A stretch of 63,999 nucleotides of DNA, counting the filler, from Jimgerdemannia flammicorona (taxonomy: Eukaryota), in assembly GCA_003990765.1 (NCBI GenBank). It is 3 parts of 3 records of this genome, joined end to end, with 100 filler letters (N's around TTAATTAATTAA, not from the genome) between each part and the next. Parts side by side here need not be neighbours in the genome. Positions count along the whole stretch, not along the records: positions 1 to 21,351 come from RBNJ01001472.1; 2 more parts are not named here. One strand, written 5' to 3'. Position numbers and translations under genes: made by a program. The notes beneath the pieces are model-generated. The model searched no databases. It was not told where the DNA came from and saw nothing but the letters and a program-made list of their open reading frames with translations. The first letter of the stretch is position 1; every line of letters begins with the position of its first letter. This document shows positions 1 to 10,960 of the stretch, piece after piece.

Positions 1-37
<37 letters not shown>

Positions 38-749
38 TCCCTTGGACTGCCCTTTATTATTGATGTCTATAATTCTAATAATACAATGTCACCCCCAACC
101 TCAACCAATGCCCCATGGACCCAACCCTCCCCTCTTGACCTCTCTCTGCCCAAGCACTACCCAATTACCCACTACCTGAATCCTTCCACTACTCTTCTGG
201 AAGATATACTATACCAAACCCCTGCAGTTCCCCCTACCCAGCCCCCAACCTCACCATCAGCTATTCAAAATATCCAATAGCAACTATTCCCAATATACCA
301 CCTTGTCCCTAATCCCAACCTGCTGCCTCTCCTCAAAGACATGAACCCAATGCCCAGCTAACCCAACCTACATGGCCAAAGCCCAACTAAGTATAAGAGG
401 GTTGCTTTTTAGAGTAACCATTACATAGTTCTGGATGGGTTTTCTGGAAGTTCTGGATATTCTGGAAGACTGTTTTCTTATGGTCAAGATCAATTTTGTA
501 TGGAGTACGTCCTCTATACTTATTGATTTCAAGATCGGGTTGACATCTCAACCAAAGTCCTTTTTTTTGGACTAGTTCTGGATGTTCAGGATTTTTTGTA
601 TTTCAGGAAGTTCAAGAAACTAAGACCCGCTTAGTTGAACTGGCATATCACTGCAGACAATACCCAATTAGGAAATTTCATGACAGAGTTAGGAATGAGA
701 CCTAACAGGGAGCAGATTTACTTAAGAGTAGTTTGTGGGTTATTAAATA

Positions 750-1000
750 AGTTTATTTGCTATTCATGATATTGCTATACTAGGAGTAGTTGTGTAAAGG
801 GATATTGTGGGGAAGTATTCAGAAATGTTCGAGTCTGAGATTTTGAGGTCTGGGAGAGTGGGTATTTATATATACTAGTGAGGGGCTATCTGGACTATGC
901 TGAATATGGATGTAGCACTAAGTGTTTTGCTGAGTCGGAATGCAGTCACGTAGTACAAGTGTGATCTGACATGTCAAAAGATCATCTGACTGCTGAGTCA
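750..1000 (-). promoter_or_regulatory. Putative element promoter (TATAAATA) and poly(A) signal (AATAAA) of the family A LTR
   Basis: Minus-strand TATAAATA near 863-870, AATAAA near 752-757, TGAGTCA at 994-1000; repeated in the other LTRs; positions fit a U3/R/U5 layout. Confidence 0.5.
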
Positions 1001-1063
1001 GTTCACAGTCACATCATACAATACTAATCTAAGTATACTATGACTGCTAGACTATTCATGGGT

Positions 1064-2170
1064 TTAGGTGCTATCTGGGTAGTCCTCAATGACATCACCA
1101 TTGATTGCATCATCTCTGATGAAGTAGTCATCTAGGAAAAGTGGTTCGTGGATTACTTCTCCTTGTTCGCTGAGATAGTAATACATTGGGACTTTGTCTC
1201 CATCCCACAGAATAGCATCATCTGTCTCATAGGCTGGATAAGGTATTGGTGGATGAAGGATGGGTATATTGTCTTCACTTTCATTGGATTCACTGTCTAC
1301 ATACCTTCTATAGGTTACAGCACTATGAGTTACAGAATTATAGTAAGCTGGCAGCTGTGGTTTATGTTACTCGTACTCAGGTAGTGGAGTGGTTGGTTCG
1401 ATCTCGAGAGTTGTCTAGAGGTACAGGTTGTGTTCTCTGGTCTCTTCATTGTAGTTGAAGTAATCGGGGGTGAAGGCGGATTGGTATTCATACCAGTGGT
1501 CATTGTCCCAATAAGTCTCATATGTAGTTATGAACTGTTGTAAGTTCATCAGCAAGGTTGGCAGAGTGATCAGGGTTGGCAGAGATCCTTGGCTAGAGGT
1601 CATATCAGCATCAGAGGGATCATTGTCTTCTGCTTCGTCTTCATTGAAGTGGATTATATCATAGATGTCCTTCATGGCATATCCAACTTGAGGCATTTGC
1701 AGGATATGATCATTGGGGTGTGGGAAGGTTTTATCTGTGGTTTCGACATACTTGAGATACTCAAAATACTTGTGGTTAAGTTCTTGTATCATGTTGTCAA
1801 TTTGGCCATAGGACAGAGTAGTAACTATTTCGCTGGTGGTAACTTGGAGGCAGGGAATAATAGTACTATACTTGTAGAAGAGTTCTCGATGTTTGCAGGT
1901 AATGAGCTTCTGGTGTTGAGACATCTCGGTAATGTCTGTATCATGGTGGTGTTCGACCATGTCTTCCAGAAGGTGGCCGATCTGGTAGTAGCTTGAGATT
2001 TGTCCGATTCAGTGGGCCTCGCTAAGCATGTTCAGAGCATTCCAATGGACTTCCACGAAGTAGAGGGGTGTTAGGCTATGGATATTCATGAGGGGTAGAG
2101 GGAGTGTGGCTTGGTTGACAATGGCATTCCAAATGTCAGCACAGATATGGTTGTAGATCTCGGTGGTCAT
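1064..2170 (-). pseudogene. LTR(U3)-encoded ~368-aa accessory protein of family A, copy 1 (unknown function)
   Basis: Hand translation from ATG 2170 (MTTEIYNHICADIW...) to TAA 1064 (...IEDYPDST*): 1107 nt in one frame with three internal stops (TGA, TAG, TAA); includes track ORF 1415..1960. Confidence 0.85.
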
Positions 2171-2240
2171 GTTTGTGTGTTTGGAAGTTTGTAGTTGTTA
2201 TTTGTTTTGGTTCTCTAATTCAATGCGTCTCAGTGCTTGG

Positions 2241-2346
2241 TATATATGCATTTGGTCCTGATTGGTAAGATTCTGTTTGTGTAATTCTTGTGTTCTGTGA
2301 CTTCATATTGACTCAGCTTTGTGCACTGTGACTTCGGTTTGACTCA
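2241..2346 (-). promoter_or_regulatory. Putative promoter of the LTR-encoded ORF: two TGACTCA (AP-1/Gcn4-type) sites, CCAAT box, TATATA
   Basis: TGACTCA at 2309-2315 and 2340-2346; CCAAT (attgg 2261-2265); TATATA near 2241-2247, about 70 nt upstream of the ATG; present in all three LTR copies. Confidence 0.55.
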
Positions 2347-2427
2347 GCTTCGTAATTAAGCAGGTAATTTCCAGATTTGTTTGGAGGTCATGTAAGATTT
2401 CAGTGGTTTGGAGGTTGTGTGCTTACA

Positions 2428-2440
2428 ACTCTCCCCTTCT
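2428..2440 (-). other. Polypurine tract of A1
   Basis: Minus-strand AGAAGGGGAGAGT abuts the TGTAAG of the 3' LTR; identical at 17241-17253. Confidence 0.9.
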
Positions 2441-5400
2441 TAGCTTTTGACATCCTCATCGGGGCCTTCTAATTTTATTCTAGTATTGTTACACCATTTG
2501 GGAGGTCAAAAGTCTGGTAAGGTCCATTTTCTCAGAAAGTGGCATGCTCATAGTACAGTTGCCTAATGCATTGGATTTACATGTTAAAGGGTTGTATGTT
2601 CAATGCCGTGTACTGGAAGTGATTCTGACATTATTCACTGCTGGAGAATTTCTTCCAAGGAATCTTCTTAAATGTCTATGCCTTGTTTCCCACCAGTGGT
2701 ACAGGGAGAATAGGCTTGCTTTCAGTTTTGCTATTTTTTTAGGGGTTCGGTATTCTTGTCTTGTTTTGCTGAGTTCTTGGTTGTGATAATTATAATATTC
2801 AGAAGAATAATATATGGGTAGGTGCAGAGTTTTTTGGTTCTAATTGTTCAAGGAATCATATTCCTGAACTAGATCAGTAGCATTCTGGAGATTGGTCTTG
2901 GGCTCCCAGGTTGCATCATGGATCAGATAACCTTTCCATTTGACAAGGTACTCAGGGTGGCTCTTGTTGCCATGTTTGTTGAGGATGTGTTCAACTTCAT
3001 ACTCTTCTTGGTCATTAATAATGACAGGTACAGGTGGTTTGGTGATCCAGTTTGGAAATAGTTCATCATCATTCTCATTGTATCACTTGAGATGTTGAAT
3101 ATTAAAGACTGGGTGAATCTTAATGGTATCTGGTAGTGCCAATTTGTAAGAGGTTGGAGAAACTTATGCAATGACTTCAAATGGTCCAATAAACTTGCTG
3201 TTCAGTTTTGTCGATAGTCTGTGCTTGAGGTTGTCAACTCGGTATCCTCTGATGTCTAGTAGAACCTTTTCTCCAATATCAAAGGTTTCTTCTTGGCGGT
3301 GTTGGTTAACATACTGTGACTGTTGTTCTTGCACTCGTGATAAATTCTCAATAGCAATCTGGCTTAGATTGTGCATTTGGAGTAGGAATTCTTCAACAGC
3401 TTCAACTGTGGAGAGTTCTTCAGTAGTTCAGATGAGTGTCAAAGGGGTGTTTGGGTTTTGTCCAGTGTTGGCAAAGAATGGGGTCATTCCAAGAGAGGCT
3501 TGCTTGCTATTGTTATAGGTGAACTCGACTGTGGTGAGGTGTTCATGCCAGTCATCTTGTCTGTAGGAAACATAGTTCCTTAGCATTTGTTCCAGAGTTC
3601 AGTTCATTCTCTTAGTTTGGCCATCGGTTTCTGGGTGAAAGGCTGTGGATAGTATAAGTTTTGTTCCAAGGTGTGCATGGAGGGCTTTCCAAAAGTGGCT
3701 GGTAAATTTCGGATCTCGATCGCTAATGATGATCTTTGGAAGACCATGGTAGTGGAAGATATTGTCAAACAAAAGTGTGGCTATGTCTGGTGCTGTTGCG
3801 GTAGTGGCAGTAGATACAAAGTGGGCTTGTTTGCTAAGATAGTCTACAAAGACAACAATTATATCTTTCCCATTCTTGGTTCAGGGTAGTTGTACAATAA
3901 AGTCCATAGAGATTTGTTCCCAATTTGCAGATGGTACTGGGATAGGGTAGAGTAGACCAGGTTTTGCTAGTATTGAGGACTTGTTTCATTGGTAGGCATC
4001 ACAGGAAGTGATGTAGGTTTTGAGCTGATCTGCTATGTGGGGCCAATAGAAGTTTCGGGAGATAACTTTATAACATTTATCAAATCCTAAATGTCCAGCT
4101 ATAGGGGCATCATGACATTTGAATAGAATAGTCCTTCGGAGGTCTTGGTTGTTTGGGACATATAGTCTGTCTTTGTGTAGATAGCATTGTCCTTGAGTTG
4201 GTATTGATTGTACCAGTTATGTTTGTCAGCATCATCACTGTTCAAGATTTCACAGAGTGCTTGAGCTTCTTTATCATCAGCACATGCTGTGATAATTTGT
4301 TCCATGATAGAGTTTGTAACTAAGGTGAGAGTTTGGATAACCTCTTCGATTGGTGGTCTTGAGATTGCATCAGCAACAATATTTTCCTTGCCAGGATGGT
4401 ACTGGATTTCATAGTCAAAGTTGGTGAGGACTTTTATCTATCTGGCTTGCTTTCGAGAAAGGGTAGCCTGAGTCTTGATATTGACTAATGACTTGTGGTC
4501 AGTCAATACAGTAAAGTGTGCTCCTTCTAGATATGGTTGCCATTTGATCAGAGTGTCTACGATGGCTAGCATCTCCTTCTTATGAGTTGCATAGTTGATT
4601 TTGGCATCATTGAACTTGCGGGAGTGATAGGCCACTAGGTATCCTTCTTGCATGAGTACTGCTCCAAGGGCTAGATCAGAGGCATCAGTGGTAACTTCAT
4701 ATGGTAGGGCAGAATTTGCTGCTTAGAGTACTGGAGTGGTTATCAGGGCATCTTTCAGTGCTTGAAAGGTGGTATCTTGCTTGGGTCCCCAAGTTACAAG
4801 ATTGTTGAAGTCTTTCTCTTGTTTCATGGTCCAGGGTTGTTCTTGTTTCTTACTATGCTTGGTCATTTGGGTAAGGGCAGTAGTGATCTTAGCAAAGTTG
4901 GTAACAAATCGCCTATAATAGTTTGCTAATCCCAGGAATGACTGGAGGTCTTTCAGCTTCTTGGGTCTGGGCCAATCCTTGATTGCAGAGATTTTGCTGG
5001 AGTCTACTTTGATTCTATTTGGAGTGACAATGTGTCTAAGGAATTGAATTTCTTTCAGGAGAAATTCGCACTTGCTGAGTTTTGCAAAGAGTCGGTTTTC
5101 TCGGAGTTTCAGTAGTACTAGTTCAAGGTGTTCAAGATGTTCCTCCAGGGTTTTGCTGAAGACTAGGATGTCATTGATGTAGACAATAATGAATTTATCC
5201 AGGTATGGATGCAGAATGGTATTCATCAGTATCTGGAAGGTTGCTGGAGCATTGGTTAAGCCAAAGGGCATAACAAGGAACTCAAAGTGTCCATAGCAAG
5301 TTCGGAAGGCTGTCTTGTAGATGTCTTCTTCTTTCATGGCAATTTGCCAGTAACCATTTTGCAGGTCAAAGGAGCTTATGAATTGTGGGTTGGTAAGTCT

Positions 5401-6504
5401 ATCGAATATTTCATCGATTCTTGATAGTGGGCAACAGTTCTTAATGATCTATTTATTGAGATCGCGGTAGTCAATGCACATTCGCAGGTCTCCTCCTTTC
5501 TTGACAACAAATAGGACTGGTGTACCATAAGGTGATACACTGGGTCTGATGAATCCTTATTCTAAGAGTTCATCAATTTCCTTCTTGAGTGCATCAATTT
5601 CTCTTGGAGACATGTGGTAGATTGACTTGAAGGCTGGTTTGGTATCTGGGATGGTCTTGATAGCATGGTCTACTGCTTGTTTGGGAGGTAGGCCTTTTGG
5701 GAGCTTCTTTGGGAATATGTCTCGAAATTTCTGGAGTAATGGTCTGACACGACTGTCAACTTTGGAAAAATCTTCTTCAGAGTTCTCAGGTTCTCCTTTG
5801 GATGGGCGGATGGAGATGGCGAAGAGAGGGCATTTCTTGGTCAATTTCTTGAGTTGTAGCTTATTGATGTAAGTGATTTTTGGTCCAGGGTCACTAGAGT
5901 GAAGTGGGTCTTTTTCACCTTGTAGTTTGAAGTTGTGGCATCCTTTCTTGATGGTCAGAGAATGGTTTACCCAATCGATCATAGGGTTCTCTTATTTTAA
6001 CCATGGGGTCCCAAGGATGATTTCATTGTCAGGAAGTGGAACAATTTGGAGGATAACATGTACTCGGTAGTTGCCAATTCGGAGGGGTAGATTGCAGACT
6101 TCTTTGCTAATAATATGTGAGGTCTCATTGGCTGTAGCAACTGCTTGAGTTTGCTGTACTGGAGAGGTAAAGACCTTGAGTCTGTTGGCTGTCTCTTCAT
6201 TGATGAAGTTGCCTGAGGCACCACTGTCTATCATAATCTTGACAGGTGCTCGATTGACAAAAGCCTTAAGTGTGAGCAGTTTGTCTGATCCAATGGTGGT
6301 GATTTCGGTTGTAGGAGCCTTCCTTCTGTTGGTTCTTCTTTGAGCCAGTTCATTGACATAAGAGAAGAAATCATCAATCATTCGAGAAGAGTACATTCCA
6401 ATGCCATGGAGACATCGGCCACTTGGTACATATCCATCTTCGATTTTTTTGTAGAATTGTTCTTCTTTGTTCATGGTAGGTTAGGCTGGGGCCTTGTTGG
6501 ATGA

Positions 6505-6905
6505 GCCAAATCCTTTGGATCCTTGGATGGTAGGCAGTAATTCAGGGACTTCCTTGACTATCAGGGTTGACTTGATTTTTTCAAATAGGATCTGGGCGAT
6601 GCAGAAACCTATGGGAATCTTAAACAGTGTCTAACTATGGTTTCGGATGAGAACAATAATTTTGCCTGTGTAATCCTCATCAATGACTCCTCCTTCTACT
6701 GAGAGTCCTTTCAATGCTAGGCTGCTGCAACAGCATATTCTTCCAACATGTCCTTCAGGGATTTGGATACTAATTCCTGTGTAGATTTGTTTGACTTCTC
6801 AGTTGGAAACTATAGCTTCTTCAGCTGCATACAGGTCATATCCAGCTGCTTTTTGACTTCCTTTAGTTGGGGCCTTAGCCATTTGTCTTAACTTGACAAA
6901 GTCTA
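6505..6905 (-). pseudogene. dUTPase domain of A1, between the zinc knuckle and the protease
   Basis: KAPTKGSQKAAGYDLYAAE...TGISIQIPEGHVGRI...SSLALKGLSVEGGVIDEDYTGKI...IAQILF...GSKGFGSS covers the five trimeric dUTPase motifs. Confidence 0.93.
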
Positions 6906-8918
6906 GTGTTCTGGTGGTCAGATTGTTGAGGTGATACAGAGTGGTAACAGTTGCTCTTGTTGCTGTTCGAGGTTTTTGGTTAGGGCAGGCACTGGCCATG
7001 TGTCCTGTCTTCTAGCAATAGAAGCATGCTCCGCTTCTCTGAAGTTCATTCCTTTCACCTTCAGTAAGTTTCTTGAAGGTACTTGGTTGGGTGGGTTCAT
7101 GATTTCTAGGTGTCCAAGAGGTGGATGTGGAGGGAGCTCGGGATGCTTCATGCTTGGGTTCTTCTTTCTTGGTCCAAGTCTTTTCCTTGTTATTGAATTG
7201 TCTTTGGGGCAGAATTGGTCCAGCTGTTAGGATTCGCTTGACCATAGTCTTGATTCTTACCAGACATCATTGTTGGTGGTCACAACCAACTGGGTGGCCT
7301 TGTTCTCGGATTTTTCTAGTAAGCCATTCAGGCAGGGCATCAAATAGATGGTCTGCTCTTGTACTATTTTGTGCTTCATTGTTGGCAATATATCCTAGGC
7401 CAACAGTGTTCAGGAGTAATTCGAGTTTTGTATAGAAGGTTTCGAATTCTTCTTTGCCATGTACATCAAATTTGAGGCTGTGGAGTTTTACTTGAGATTT
7501 GGCAATTATGGTTTCGCTGCAGTATTGAGCAATCATGAGTTGTTTGAGTCCAGGGGCTGTAGGTTGGGCTCCATATCCTGGGGTATTGTTTGCTGCATTC
7601 TGAGCAACTACTGCAGATTGGATATCCCATGTGAGGGGTTTTTCAGGAAGGGTTTGCCACCATTCTTCAGCAGGTCCTCAGAAGAATGTAACAACTTGGT
7701 AGATATAGGCTGTAGTGGTAGCAAAGAGTTGTTCCAGAGTGTGGTCTTGATTGTTGGTTAGAATGTGATCAGCAACTTGCTCATTGGTCCATTGATTGGC
7801 TTCAAAGTTGGTGTCAATTACACTAATGAAGCTTTGGACTTCTTGTGCAGTACCATTGAAGGTAGGTAGACTCAGATTTTTTGTAGGTCAGGTCTGTTCA
7901 GCTAAGGCAGTAATGGTTGCTGCCATTATAGCTACTTGGGCTGTGAGATCAAGAATCTGTTGGTTTGCCATGTTGTTCACTGGAGGTGGTTGGACTGCTG
8001 GTAGTGGTGTTACTGGTACTACTTGAGGTACTGGTGCAGAGTGTGATGGGGTTCTTTGGGTCTGTATAAGTTGCTGGAGTAGTAGTTGTGGATCTGGAGT
8101 AAAGACTTGATAGATAGCTGTTTGTTGTTATGTAGGTGTATTCTGTCCTGATGGGAGTGCGTCTCCTTCTGTGGTGTATCTGGGATCGAATTCAGTGAGA
8201 TACTCCTCCTCTTCTTCGGTTTGGTCCCCCTGTAATTGGGTTTGCTCGGCGTCAAAGTAGACAGAATCGGTTGTATATCTGATTTCGGATGGACTTAATT
8301 CAAAGTCAAGTTCAGGTTTGGTATTGGTTTCAGATTCAGGTAGGGCTGTAGCAGGGCCTGCTTCAGGTTCAGGGTCAGGTAGTTGATGAAGGGTTTCTCT
8401 TGCTTCTTCTTTAAGAATATAGTGGGCCTTGCTGTTCTAAAATCAGTAGTATAATGTGGTCTTGGTCCTGGTATGGTGAAAGTCGGTAGAGTTGAGCCAC
8501 TTGGCTACAGAGGCTTGGGCTTTATAAGGAACTAAGGCTAGAAAGGCTGCTGCTGGTTGTCCTAGGTCGCTCGGATTTGTAGAGCTGACAAAACTCTTGT
8601 TGAGAAGAGTAAAGAAGGCTTCAATAAGACCTTCTTCATCTTGACTTGCTGGATGTAGTGCAAGGAGTTCAGTGAATAGGGTTTTGCCTATTTGCTGGTT
8701 TAACTGGAGTATTTTCTTCTTTGAATGAAGTTTATCCCACTTGTTGCAGGTGTGGAGGTCAAATTGTCCTTGTACATTAGGTTCAATTCTCTCCAGATTG
8801 TCAGATGGTTCAGGATAAATTCCAGTTCAGAGGTTGGGCTTTATACCAACTTGTAGGAATTCTCAGAAGGGTTTATAGCAGGGTGAGGAAGCATCTTGAA
8901 GCGAAATTGGATTGTAAA

Positions 8919-8930
8919 CTGCTGCTACCA
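8919..8930 (-). other. Primer binding site of A1 (TGGTAGCAGCAG; initiator-Met-like, tRNA not verified)
   Basis: Starts with TGG 3 nt inside the 5' LTR boundary; TGGTAGC resembles iMet-type PBSs. Confidence 0.75.
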
Positions 8931-8933
8931 AGT

Positions 8934-10960
8934 TGTAAGAGGGTTGCTTTTTAGGGTAACCGTTACGTAGTTCTGGATGGGTTTTCTGGAAGTTCTGGAT
9001 ATTCTGGAAGACCGTTTTCTTATGGTCAAGATCAATTTTATATGGAGTACATCCTCTATGCTTATTGATTTCAAGATCGGGTTGATGTCTCAACCAAAGT
9101 TCTTTTTTTTGGACTAGTTCTGGATGTTCAGGATTTTCTGTATTTCAGGAAGTTCAAGAAACTAAGACTAGCTTAGTTGAACTGGCATATTGCTGCAGAC
9201 AATACCCAATTAGGAAATTTCATGACAGGGTTAGGAATGGGACCTAACAGGGAGCAGATTTACTTAAGAGTAGTTTGTGGGTTATTAAATAGGTTTATTT
9301 GCTATTCGTGATATTGCTATACTAGGAGTAGTTGTGTAAAGGGATATTGTGGGGAAGTATTCAGGAATGTTCAAGTCTGAGATTCTGAGGTCTGGAAGAG
9401 TGGGTATTTATACTAGTGAGGAGCTATCTAGACTATGCTGAATATGGATATAGTACTAAGTGCTTTGCTGAGTTAGAATACAGTCACGTAGTATAAGTGT
9501 GATCTGATATGTCAAAAGATTGTCTGACTGCTGAGTCAGTTCACAGTCATGTTATACAATGCTAATCTAAGTATATTATGACTACTAGGCTATTTATGGG
9601 TTTAGATACTGTCTGGGTAGTCCTTGATGACATCACCATCAATTGCATTATCTCTGATGAAGTAGTTGTCTAGGAAAAGTGGTTCATGGATTACTTCTCC
9701 TTGTTCGCTGAGATAGTAATATATTGGGACTTTGTCTCCATCCCACAGGATAGCATCATCTGTCTCATAGGCTAGATAAGGTGTTGGTGGATGAAGGATG
9801 GGTGTATCATCTTTGCTTTCATTGGATTCACTGTCTGCGTACCTTCTATAGGTTACAGCACTATAAGTTGCAGGATTGTAGTAAGCTGGCGGCTGTGGTT
9901 CATGTTGCTTGTACTCAGGTGGTGGAGTGGTTGGTTCGATCTCAAGAGTTGTCTGGAGGTACAGGTTGTGTTCTCCGGTCTCTTCATTGTAGTTGAAGTA
10001 ATCGGGGGTGAAGGCGGGTTGGTATTCATGCCAGTGATCATTGTCCCAATAAGTCTCATATGTAGTTATGAACTATTGTAAGTTCATCAGCAAGGTTGGC
10101 ATAGTGATCAGGGTTGGCAGAGATCCTTGGCTAGAGGTCATGTCAGCATCAGAGGGATTGTTGTCTTCTACTTCGTCTTCATCGAAGTGGATTATATCAT
10201 AGATATCCTTTATGGCATATCCAACTTGAGGCATTTGCAGGATATGATCGTTGGGGTGTGGGAAGGTTCTGTCTGTGGTTTCGATGTACTCAAGGTACTT
10301 GTGGTTAAGTTCTTGTATCATGTTGTTAATTTGGTCATAGGACAGAGTAGCAACCATTTCGCTGGTGGTAACTCGGAGGCAGGGAATAATGGTACTGTAC
10401 TCATAGAAGAGTTCTCGATGTTTGCGGGTGATGAGCTTCTGGTGTTGAGACATCTCGGTAATGTCTGTATCATGGTGGTGTTCGACCATGTCTTCCAGAA
10501 GGTGGCTGATCTGATAGTAGCTTGAGATTTGTCTGATTTAGTGGACCTTGCTAAGCATGTTCAGAGCATTCCAATAGGCTTCTATGAAGTAGAGGGGTGC
10601 TAGGCTATAGATATTCATGAGGGGTAGAGGGGGTGTGGCTCGGTTGACAATGGCATTCCAAATGTCAGTGCAGATATGGTTGTAGATCTCAGTGGTCATA
10701 TTTGTATATTTGGAAGTTTATGGTTGTTATTTGTTTTAGTTCTCTGATTCAATGCATCTCGGTGCTTGGTACATATATATGCATTTGGTCCTGATTGGTA
10801 AGATTCCGTTTGTGTAATTCTTGTGTTCTGTGACTTCGTATTGACTCAGCTTTGTACACTGTGACTTCGGTTTGACTCAGCTTTGTGATCAAGCAGGTGA
10901 TTTCCAGATTTGTTCGGAGGTCATGTGAGATTTCAGTGGTTTGGAGGTTGTGTGCTTACA
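8934..10960 (-). repeat. 5' LTR of A1 (2027 bp)
   Basis: TGTAAG...CTTACA termini; followed on the minus strand by ACT and PBS TGGTAGCAGC. Confidence 0.96.
9602..10699 (-). pseudogene. LTR(U3)-encoded accessory protein, copy 2
   Basis: Same start and stop as copy 1; 1098 nt; includes track ORF 10073..10489; retains PPPEY and PPAY. Confidence 0.85.

Larger units (their letters stand above)
392..2427 (-). repeat. 3' LTR of A1 (2036 bp)
   Basis: Direct repeat of 8934-10960 and 15209-17240; adjacent to PPT. Confidence 0.96.
2840..9093 (-). pseudogene. A1 gag-pol polyprotein (gag, CCHC knuckle, dUTPase, protease, RT, RNase H, integrase, chromodomain)
   Basis: Track fragments from 9093 to 4305 all lie in one frame, with one frameshift near 4175. 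Motifs: CFYC*KTGHMASAC, AAGYDL/GGVIDEDY/GSKGFGSS, IDSGAS, MPFGLTNAPATFQ, YIND, TDHKSL, GHLGFDK...CDA, KFIGPF, EYEVEHIL...EYLVKWKGY...ATWEP. Many in-frame stops. Confidence 0.95.
392..10960 (-). mobile_element. Full-length Ty3/Gypsy chromovirus-type LTR retrotransposon, family A copy A1 (degenerate)
   Basis: Two ~2.03-kb direct LTRs (392-2427, 8934-10960), termini TGTAAG...CTTACA (first start mutated to TATAAG); 5-bp TSD CTAAG at 387-391 and 10961-10965; PBS and PPT present; domain order gag-ZnK-dUTPase-PR-RT-RH-IN-chromodomain. Confidence 0.97.

Noticed and set aside
1589..1996. Hydrophobic plus-strand ORFs in the LTR (1589..1996, 10127..10525) as an env-like membrane protein
   Set aside because: Antisense shadow of the minus-strand LTR gene; non-ATG start; not preserved as an ORF in copy 3.
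2441..2839. Possible extra ORF between the chromodomain and the PPT of family A
   Set aside because: All minus-strand frames have stops, several shared between A1 and A2, with no recognisable motif; treated as 3' UTR.
2840..9093. Alternative genetic code or readthrough to explain the in-frame stops
   Set aside because: Stops are of all three types, differ between copies and map to CGA/CAR/TGG codons; the host gene uses the standard code.
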